A stretch of DNA of 64,000 nt, taken from Tubiluchus corallicola (lineage: Eukaryota > Animalia > Priapulida). Both the position numbers and the translations under genes were made by a program. This document shows, one piece after another, positions 41,801 through 53,402 of this stretch; within the stretch, counting starts at the first letter, position 1, and each line of letters begins with the position of its first letter. A model generated the notes under the pieces. That model made no database searches and was not told where the DNA came from. It worked only from the letters and a program-made list of their open reading frames with translations. The DNA lies in NCBI GenBank assembly GCA_030141605.1, contig JAQGDQ010002371.1, positions 124,001-188,000 of the forward strand. The letters are read 5' to 3'.

Positions 41801-44800
41801 ATGTTTTACTAAATTACAAGTGTAAGTTAATAGTTATAATATCCGCTCAAGCTAAAACGTAAAATTGTAAATATTCTAACCTTTGTTAACAGGGCGTCTG
41901 TACTCGTTCAGTAGTGTAGGGTTTCCAAGCCAAACGTCTGTCCAGCTTAACAATTGTCGAAGAAAAAGTTCCATAATCTTACTATTCAATTCGCTTCCGA
42001 TTTTTGCTCAAACGGAAAACATCGTCATCAATTCGGTCGGCAAACCGAAATCTTATTCTGTTGAGAAAAAATGGGTTTATCACAAAGGAGTTCATTTACA
42101 ACTTACAAGGCAATAGGACGAGTTTAAAATGTACAATTTGAATTTTTCATGAAATGTAGTATAAATCACCTTCCCTTAAATTGCCTTTAATTGGCGTAAA
42201 AAGTCTTGATAATAAGTATCATAATAAGTTGAGTATCTTTCAGTTTTTGCGACTTCTCGATTTTCGGTTGATTAAGTTATTTAAAAGCAGTTTCAGTACT
42301 GTGAGTTGTGAATGCTGCCGTTTTTCTTCCTAATGTCTAAATACCCGTTTGATGTGCAGCGAGCGTTTAAGTGGAAAACAAACGAACCAATTGCATTCGA
42401 TTCGCAACGTAATAAAGTCTTTTAATCTTGAAGATCTGAAAGCAAATTTGATGCAGAAAACTTCGAATTGCTTTTCAGCTTTTTTGTTACTATTATTTTT
42501 TGACGATAATATATGCTGCGAAAACTTACGAATATGATTTACGGTGAAGACAGATGTACACCTTTTAATCCGAAAATTTCGAAGGCCAACCGTTCAAAGA
42601 CTTATCACAAACTTGCAGTTTTTATTGTCGTTGATGACTCGTAGTTAATTGTTTGTTTATCTGTGTTTTATTTTTAGCCTACAAGTGTGATGCGCAAAAT
42701 TTAGACAAATGCCGAGCAGTGGTCAGTGCTCTGAGAGAAATGAACACATTTCGTGACGTTTGTCTCTGCAACAACCACTTGGGAGATAAAAACAAGCGCA
42801 ACGAATGCTGGGAGTTTCGCCACGCCTTGTTTAATCATGATTGCCTTCAAGAGCCGCTGATAACGCTTCCGCCTGGTAAGGTTTTTCAGTCTTAGACAGA
42901 CAAAGCAAAGATGAGCCCTCGGGAAAGTTTGCCAACGAATTGCTAATGACTATAGAGTTAAACGTTTTTGATGAAACTTGCTCAGATTTAATATTGAGAT
43001 TTACTATAGCTGACTTAGACAGACTTGTTTAACCAGTAGCCCATTCTTATTGTTACAAAATGTTGCAATGCTAGATATACCTACTAAAAATGCTACATCT
43101 AAGAATTAGTTTTTATTCATTATCACCCCAACCCAGTAGTGTTAAATGCCTCTCCACCTAGTGATTTAGCCAGGGCCGGATTTACCTACTTGTGGGTCAT
43201 AGGCCAAACTCATGCGAGCTCAAAATTTATAGAAAATTTGGCATGCATCAGTTTATATACATCTATATACATACACTGCATATATAAAATGTACGTAAGG
43301 CCATTGTGCCTACTCATTGTGCCCCATACTTATTTTTCAGGGGCCCTTAAGGTTTTGAATATATTATGTAAAGAAATACCCAGTGTACACTTGAAACAAA
43401 GTTACACACTTTGCTCCACGCGACAAGTTAGTTTCAGAGAACCCTCAGATACTAGTGGGCCTTAGGCTATGACCTATCACACTATGCCTGTTGTTAAATC
43501 CGGCCCTATGTTTAGCAATCCCTCAAACTAGTGGCCTTGCCTGGTATTTTATAATACCAGCGCACTTTGCATAGAGAAAAGGGAAAAATCAAATAAATTT
43601 GCCCCATGTCATTATTAAATGTGTATTGATTAAATTTGATAAAACTTAGATCACAAAATAGTTAGAGGATTATGGATATATTTCAGAAGTTGGAGTACCG
43701 TACATGTAAGTGACATAAAATATATGTTTATTCAGAGCACGTATTCATCGTGCATGTTTTATACATACTAACTGTCTAAGCCTACTGAACTCCAGCATAG
43801 TAGTTCACACACAAGCCATTTTGCTGCTTATTACATCATCGGCTGACATGAGCAATTACATTCACTTTCCACTGAATAGAATTCTCGCACGTTTGGTGAC
43901 AGGAAATTAAGTCTTGCATCATTCCCAATCACATCAATTATCAATAACAAATTTAGCCGCTGGGTCTTATTTGAAGAGCGTTACCGCCTTGGTATTTTGG
44001 ATTCATTTCATTGGATATATTTGAGGCAAGACACGCAATACACCAGTCATCCTGTACTAGACAGCAATCTTCCCATATTTTCGATTGTGAAAGAGAGTGA
44101 TCGATCATGATTCCTTGAAGAAATACATACGATGAGTGGAGAGAGTAAAAAGTTCACGGCTAATGGAAAACAAACGAGGATATCATATGAGAGTAAACAA
44201 AAGCGTTTGCAGCAGATAAAACCCGCCGAAATTTGCGCTGCTGCTTTGATGATCAGTAATTTTTAGTCCTAGGATAGTAATTCATACTAAATGAGTCATA
44301 CATTGAGAGGATATTGATGTAAATTCGATCCGCTTGCTTGAGACGAAGTTTTTTTCAACCATGCGGTATTTCAAATTAACTTTAAGCCATTTTTTGAGTG
44401 CACAATGAAATTTGTGCGCTGCCCTTTTTATTTTTTATATTTTAATGCATATTTAACGTAAAATTTAAAGCATACTTTAATTTTTTAGTTAAAACTATTC
44501 TGAATGAACTTAGAAAAGCAATCCCGTGGAACTCCGTAGCTTGACTGCAATAATTAACTGTGAATAATTACAATGTATATTTTCAGATACTAGCCAAAAG
44601 AAAGTGCCTTCTTGCAGTGCTGGGTATAAAGCCTGCATAGATGATTATATTTGTAGGAAAGTTTATAAAAATTTCCGCATAGCCTGCAGACATCGTCAAG
44701 GCAGATGCACCATGGTAGATAAGTAAGTATTGAAAATCAATAAAGTCATCTGTCATGTCATCTAACTAGGGATCGTTTGCGGGTCTTTAAGTATCCCTAA

Positions 44801-47800
44801 TTAACCAAATTAGCTGGAATTACTTTATTTTGTGACGCGGGCGATATTGGCACGTAGGTCTTTAATTTAATAAGTTTGATGTCGGTTTTCAGGATAAAAT
44901 GTGTCCAAAAGGAAACGAAACAAAGCGCGATTAGACAACTCCCTCAACGTTATTTTCAAAATATACCAAATATAACACTTAAACGTTATTCTGCTAATGC
45001 ACCGGTAAATGTAAAAAAGAATTTAGAATTTTTTTTAAATATCTGCTAATCTGGCTCCCATGAAGGAACATTACAGCCACTTCTGTTTTAAGATGACATT
45101 TATTAACTTGTTACTTCGGACAAAAGCCACAAAATTGATCATTAACTTGCTGTCTTCAGAAGCAAGCTCATAAGTTTCTGTAGCTGCCTTGCTGTTACTG
45201 GCTTTGCTATTTGTAATGCGGTGTTCGGCTTAATTGGATGATAAGTAAAAAAGGTGTCTAAAAATAGGCTAGGTCGACGTCTGAGCTATTGACATTTTGC
45301 TTATTGGATACCGCGAATTTATGTTTCAGAAGTGAGTGCTGGGAATCGTGGTTAGATGTCACCTCTACTCCCTTGGCGGGATGTCATTGTGAAAACCGAA
45401 GAAATAACAGGTGCCTTCGAATTCAATACGAAATGCGTGCCAATCCTTGTGTCAGTGAGTGTAACTAAAGATTTTCCATATTGCTAATACAGTATGCTGT
45501 ATGTCGAGAACAAAAGAAACCAATGAATGAAATACAGTCCCATGCTAATATTGAATTATTGGAGTAGTTAAATTGCACAGTATTGTCTGTAAAACCCATG
45601 TATCTCCATGCTTGTCAATTAAATCTATCCATCTGTCCACTTGAAGTGAAACTTTTGTCTTGCAAGAAACGGTGCTTTGCTACAAGCCAAAATCTCCAGT
45701 CGATTAGCTTATGCGAGAAAAATGGCGAAAAAATAAGATGAAGTTAGATTCGACTCATTTGCCTATGCTATGATAGGCATATTTTCCGCCTCATAGCAAT
45801 TCTTAATCTTACACCTCTCTAACACTAAAGCTTAAAAATACTTGGCACAATTAAAAGTTAACAGAATTCTACTACATTTTCGCGAATATTTACACAGAAT
45901 CAATTTAAAACTTTAAACTATGTAATAACCCGTATAACTGAGATTTGAAAAAATAAAACATATATTGTTTGATTTGTTTACAGTCCCTGATAGAGCCCTT
46001 AGGAGGGAGAAACAGTGTAGGACAATAATAAAGATGACTGTTAAATGAGACTGCACTAATTGCTGCAACAATAAAAAGTGTGTACGTCCTCTGACGTCTG
46101 GTGTATATACTAAATATTTATGTGTTAATTATCAAGTTTCTGTTTTTTGCGAAATAAATTATTGCTTTTTTCAGAATTAGCACAACCTGAGGGTTACACT
46201 TTCGAAAGTCTTTATACATTTCCTCTTTTTACTTTTCCAACTACTTCAACGGGCTCTCCGCTTTCTGGCAATGTTCTTCCTTCCCTTGATAATGTGGTAA
46301 CAGCAATTCCTGCGGACTATAGAATAGATCATGATACCGACGACGAGGAGGGTGATCAATTTGACGGAGAACCAAGTGGGGATAATGAACCGGACTATGA
46401 TGAGATCGTTTTTAAATGCATGTCACACGAATGCAAAAATGATACATCGATTTCCTTAAATAAAGATGAATACAACATCTACGACGACTTTGAAACAGAA
46501 GTATCCCATTACGAGAAAACTAGTAGAGTCACACCTTCTGCAGGAGCAGCATCTGAGAAAGTCAATAATAGCAAAACTTCATCCCCAGCTTTAATCACTG
46601 CAACAAAAACGGAAGAAGACGCCGACAATTTCATATTCTTACCACCTAATGTAGCTACAGTTGCTGCTGCAACTACTGCTGGCATTACTGCGTTTCTTCC
46701 AGCTAAAACGCCCGCTAATGCCATTACGACGACCACTGCAACGACTACTACTGCTACCACCATTCCCTCTACTACTGCAAAAGCCAAAACACTGAAAGCC
46801 ACAGAAGCAGCAACCACCAAAAGGCCAGCGAGAGTAGTCCAATTTCCTTGGAGAATTGTTACTGAGACAAAACGTCCTTTCAAAAACAACATAGAGACCC
46901 TTGAACATTCACTTGAAGGGAAGCCAATTGGTAAGCCTTATTAGTTGAACTTGCCATAATCCTTTAAAGTACTGCGTGACGAAGCACAAAATTCGTTTTC
47001 AAAGGTCTGATCTGTCAGAGGTTTGGCCTGTGCCTAGTCTGTTTATGGTCTGTTTCAGAAGCCTAGTCTGTCGTTATTCAAGTTTACCTGATACATGATC
47101 TGATCTGTGGCTGTTCTGTCTGTGGTCTGACCTTCAGAGATCTAATCTATAAAATCTCGGGCGTTAGACTAGGGTTAGGCAGTCTACAGACCAGACCACT
47201 GGCAGACAATATCTTAAACAGAACAAAATTCACACAGGCCAAACACAGACCAGACCAGACGAGTCACAGCTCCAACCTCATCTTGAACGGAAAGAAACTG
47301 ACAAGCCCAATAAGTATAGCAAATCTAGACCACAGCAAGGCCCATCTACAGTCAGCGACTAACCTTTCGTTTATTACATAATGTTTCACTTTTGTTGCAT
47401 AATGATTGCTATAAAATGACGCAAAATTTATTACATAGTAATAAATTTACTATGTAATAGTAAATTTACATAGTAATAAATTTGTTACATAATGTTTTGT
47501 GATTTGTTACATAATGCTGTCTTATTACATAATGTGCTTTTTGTTACGTAAATAACTTTAACAAAGCCTCTTGCTTTTTCAGAAGTCATTTTATCTGTGT
47601 CAAAGTTGAAATACAGTTACTTGTTTAAATGCGTCGTTATATAATTCCAGCTTTTGTACGAGAATTTGCGTAGTTTGCAAAAAAACTTTTGGTTTATGAA
47701 TAACAACTGGTGTACATAAAACAGATTTTTTTAATTTGTTCAAAATCTCTGCATCTAAAAGTAATTCCTAATCGTAACTGTTTAAACAACTAAAAGAAAA

Positions 47801-50800
47801 AGACATATTATACAAAATGTTAAAATTAATAGAAAATTAATTTGTTTGCCAGCAGCTTCAACCCACGCGTCACATAGTAAAAAATCTTCAGGCTCCTTCA
47901 GTGATGACGGTTCTGGCTCTGGATTTTACAACGGGGAACTGGACTTTGCTCTATTTAATGAGACCAATGGAACATTTTACATGTTGTTGAATGATTCCGA
48001 ACTATTTGGAAATGAAACTTCAGACGAATTTGTAGAAACTACAGTACTTCTGCCGTCAAGTACGACTACGATATTTTTGGATTTGTGTAGATGTTAAATT
48101 TATGTTTTTTGTTTTCTAATTTTCTTTTTTACGCATTTTGTTACTTTGTTTTCTTGCATCCTTTTCAAGTTTATATATTTTTTGTATTTTTTTAATATTT
48201 TTGTACTGCCTACAATACCAAAATTGTGATAATGATGACAATATTGATGTGACGATGACAAAGATGATTGTGATGACGACGACGACCACGATGGTGGTGG
48301 TAATGATGATGATGATGGCGATGATGATGATGATGATGACAATGATGATAATGATGATAAGTATGATAAAGATGATGACGATGATTACAAGATGATAATA
48401 ATGATGATTATAGCCTCAATGTAGCCAATTTTGTAGAAAAATCACATTCCAAATTTCAAAGCCGCTTTTCAAATGTAATCTATATACTGCTCTTTCTATC
48501 CTATAAGATCAAATGCGGATCTTGAATTGATATGTGTACTGCCAATGTGCTTTAATAGAAGAATTAGCCCACAAAATACTTTTCTTGATAATTTGTTTTG
48601 ATAAGACAATGACACAACCGACCTCTATAAGTCAATTTGTTGATGAAGGTTAATCATATTCTTCCCAGTGTCAGGCGCGTCCGCTTGCGTTAAAACAAGG
48701 TTATTAAGAAAATTAAGCTGGTTTCTAGTAACAGTAAATTTATCTCGTACATATCGATTTCTCATTTTGATGGTAACTCTTCCTTCCTGACCTACACTCA
48801 CTGATTAATTAATGTTTAAAGAAGTTTGAATAATAGAGGGGAAAGGATTGGAAGATAAGATTATGTACAGGTTATTGCAATGAGCCCTACTTGTGCACAA
48901 GATGCAAAATCTGTCTTCAACAACTTCAACTTGTCTTCATTTTTTTTGGAATCGATCAACACTATTTCGTCAACTGAGCCACACACAGATTTTTAACAAA
49001 CGTGCGTAATTTTTTGCAGATAAATTCATCCTACTCCAGCATGCGGGCTTGGTACAAAAATTAGTAGCATTCATTTTTTCATATGTCATTGTATAACGTT
49101 TTCCGAGATTATCGCTTCATACAAAAACTGTCATATGGGAACAAATTTTGCCAGAGACGATTTGCGCCAGACAGTTTTTTACTATATGCGAATAGTGTCG
49201 CCATTAAAAAAGTTTGTAGTGTCAGTGTTAGTGGTGCCCCAGGCTTTTCATGTCTGTATTTAATCCAGAACCTTTTCAAAATATTTTTGAATTTGCAACA
49301 TAATCAGTGCAGTCTTCGTTTTTGTGATCATTACACACAAGTCTATCATAGATCTATCACTGTAAAAAGAAAATGGCAGTTGGCTTATTAACTAATGGGG
49401 AGTTGGCTTATTAAAATGCATTTTAGGTTGTTTACACCCTTACTTTTCCTTCAATGAAACCTTTATGACCTCCCAGTACGAAACAGCTACACCAGCACGA
49501 TCTTAAAAGGCAAATACTATGCACGTAGGCTGGGGAATCAGATGCGTGATGGTCCCACGCCAATGATAATTAACCAGCAAAATAAAGTGTGCCACATAAA
49601 TTTATGAATTTCAGAAGTGTCCTGTTTAGAAGCTTTAGAAAAGTGCAGCAATGATACCGTGTGTGCTAAAAAGTTCAGCGCCGTGATTACCGCTTGCCCT
49701 ACAGGACAGGAATGTCCGGCTGAGGATAGTCTTCTGTGCAGACAGCGAGTTCATGAATTCTATGAGCTAGTTGATCCTTTTTTCACGCATGACATGGTGT
49801 TTTGTGAATGTGATGAGCCCGAAGGCAACGAGACACTGAGTGGTTGTGACACAGTGAAAAATAGCTTTCTTCCACATTGTGCCATAGATATTGTGCCTGT
49901 TCCAACTTGTTTGAAGATATACAGTGACTGCGACTACGGAGTGTCTTGTAGGTGGGTATCAGCTATCAATGGCGTATTTTGTTGCTCGAATTTAGGCGTA
50001 GTTGTCGCATGATGAAATATTGCCTTGGGTGTCGTTTAAAATAATGGGGATACCGCATTCACAATGATTATTAGATGTCGCATGGGTGGAAGGAAAGATT
50101 TTCCATGTTGTTAATTGTGCAATAATCATAATTATTGTACAGTTATGTACATGTATTAAATTTTTAATTAAAGCTTTTAATAACATAATTTAAACAGCAC
50201 AAGGAAGGTAGCCTTCGACAGTTAATATAAGTACCTCAGATTTTGGTGGGGTTTTTAGCTGCTGTGCTAGCTGGACCCAGATAAAAATGAAATATTGTGA
50301 AGCATGGTCTGCTTAAAACCACTTACTTTGTAGAAGAAACTTCAAATTTTTGCGTTGCTTCAATTTAATTAAATTTTAAATCGGCAATTTTACTTAATGG
50401 GACTACGTCACATTTGGGACAAGTGGAACAGGTTGACAGTCACTGTGAGTGCTTAGGGACAGGTTGAGTAACACCAAGCCTGTTCAGTGAATAGATAGGT
50501 TACTACTGGAAAAATGCTCTTCTGGGAGATTTCATTTGCCTTACTGTCCCTGGCCTTGAGGGAACACGTATTTACATCCAAATGTTGTGTCTAGGATAAT
50601 TTCTGGTGATATAGGTATGGTCTCGCAACAACTACCAACATTAAAAGGGCTATGTCTTGAGAACCGGTCTCTGCTTGCAGAATACTGATCGGTATAAAAA
50701 GCTGTTGCTATATTCTGACATTAATATTTCAAACTTATTATAGTTCAAACTTGCAGCACACAAGGATCTATACATCATAACATAAGTGTCAGTGAATAAT

Positions 50801-53340
50801 AATTATTACTAAGCTCAATATTTTACAGTCTGAATAAAAAAATCAACCTTACAGGCAATACAATTTACGGTAATAACAGAATATCATTTATTTTCTTTTT
50901 TTCTGTTTTGATTTCCTGTCTTTTTTGGCAGCTGGTGACTTCCCTTTCCTCTTCTTTTTCTTGTAAGGTCCCAAATGTTTGCGCACCATCACTCCTCTCC
51001 AAAAAGCTTGTATTTTAATTGTGTATTTTAGTAACAGGGCTTGTTGTTCTGATTCTTTTTTAGCAAGTTCTTTTGCTGCTTCATCCTCATCTATCAATTT
51101 TAAACGCCTTTCATATTCTTGTGACAAGTCATAATATTTTTTCAGTGTTGTTTCTTGATTTTGTTTAATAACTTCCATATTATTTTCCATTTCGTCTATG
51201 TCATGATCATATTTGTCCATCCAGTAATCTAGTTGCTTTTCTACTTCTTGCAGATTGTCGCGTAAATAGTCTTCGAATTCTAAACTGACTCGTGATTCAT
51301 CACCCATGTCACGTCTTATTTTATCATTCTGATCTTTTAATTTATTTTGAGCTTTAAGGCACTCCTGCTTGCACTGATACTCTTGATTGTCAGATCTAGC
51401 AGTTACATATTTTGACTCCATAGCTGATCTATCCTTTGTTTCCTGAATACTGTCCTTAACTTTTGCAATAGTGTCAGCAGCTTCTTCCAAGTTTCTCTTT
51501 GTCTCCTCTTTAAGTGATACAATCTCGTTGCGTAGAGTTTCTATTTCCATTCTGCATTGTTCTTCTCTTGCTATCGTGTTTTTGAAATGATCTCTTCTGT
51601 CACGCTCTTCTTTTAAACGATTAACGAGAGATTTGCACGTGCCGCTTTCACTAAGTTCAGCCAACACCAGTGACAAAGCATCCTCAACAAACGTTCTGTC
51701 AACTTGAACCTTTAAGAGTGACTCTAACTGTGTATGATCATGAACTGAACCCTTTGGCAACAATATGCTAGGTTCAAAATCTTCCACTGGTGGCGAAGTG
51801 TTGGCACTTTTTCCGTCTGTTGTAATATTTGAACCCATTCTTTTAAACACCAAATCGGCACGTTTTTGATCTTGTATTACGTTGTCAAACGATAGTCCTC
51901 CCAATTCGTAAGAATTCTTGGCGGCTCTTCTTGGCAAAATACATCCTAAAATGTGTAACTGATCAATGCACACCTCAAGTACAGTGCATACATCACGAAT
52001 TTCAGCACCTGTTGCCATCATTAATACAACAAAAGAAACATTGCAAATCGCGCTCGCTCTGTGATAATAATTTAAAGATAGAGTTTCAAATATGCAAGGT
52101 TATTATTCACAAAATTCCCTTTCGCTTAGCGCTCACAGCTGACACGACGGCAAGTATGAACTACAGTTGGTAGGATTCTCAAAAGCAATTAACACGAAGT
52201 AGTGCAGATAAACATTAACGTTGCCATGCAACCAGGCACGCCACAAACATAACTACGAGTATTTTGCTTCACGTTGCTTTTCATTGCAATGATGATGGTA
52301 TAGTAGGGTTGGTTAGGATGTTGTTGTTACTTGAGTTTGACGTAGTGAGCTTTGAATCAAAGGTCAAATTTCACCAAAAGCTAAATTTTTATGGCAGCCA
52401 AATTACAATATCGCTTTAACCTAGTATGGGCATTCGAAGATTTTTAGAGCTGGCCATGAAATTAACAGGAAGAACAGGTACATTGAAATATTGTGCCATT
52501 TTATGGAGCGTCAACTTATATGGAACAGAAGTTTCCGGGTGCATTTTTGCATGCAAAAAATCAGCACTACGCACGAAGCTTTACAAACTAAAAACTACCG
52601 AAACACGACAGTAGATACTGTACATTATTTTCTACGTTTGTGCTCAGAAAATTTAGGAAAATATCGAAGTTAACAAATGCACCTCATGCTAAATTTACTA
52701 AATTTAATAAAACGCATACCATAGTAGTATTTCGCCCAAATCGCGAAAATGGTTAAATTGTACTGCCCAGAGTGTTGTTTTCACTATTTATTCAGGTCAT
52801 TTGTTTTCCAATTTTTTAATCCACAGGTTTCTAAATTATAGTTATTTTGTTGAACCTACATGAATGGTAAGCTATGCATGCACGAAATTCAGAGTAACAA
52901 CAATCAGCACCAAAGAGTCTAAAATGAACGTCTATTGCTACTTACACTTTTCTGTAGGGAAAAACTACAGATTTACCGGAAATACTGTAAAGTCGATGCG
53001 GACGGCACAGGTTGTGAGAGCGATGTGGCCGATTGTCGAAACGCGTTGGTGAAACTGATTGGAACGGAAATGGGCGCACGCAACTGCACGTGTGAAGACG
53101 TCGACAACAAGGGAGAATGTTTGGACATTCAGAATCTTATGTTCGACAATGCTTGCAGAGGTGCAGTAATAGTGCAGTGAAATGAAATAACTAGCAATCA
53201 CCAATTTTACTGTAACTTAAACGCAAAAATATTAATTTGTAATTTGAAGGAAATGATTGATTAGACTTACACATATTTAAAAGCTACGTGCTAATTACAA
53301 TGATGAAATTTAATTCATTTATTGTTAATCAAAAATAGAC

Positions 53341-53402
<62 letters not shown>

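Noticed and set aside
46509-46908. Antisense ORFs over exon 6, and ORFs opposite the LINE (62452-62814, 63162-63738)
   Set aside because: Shadows of real coding sequence on the other strand.
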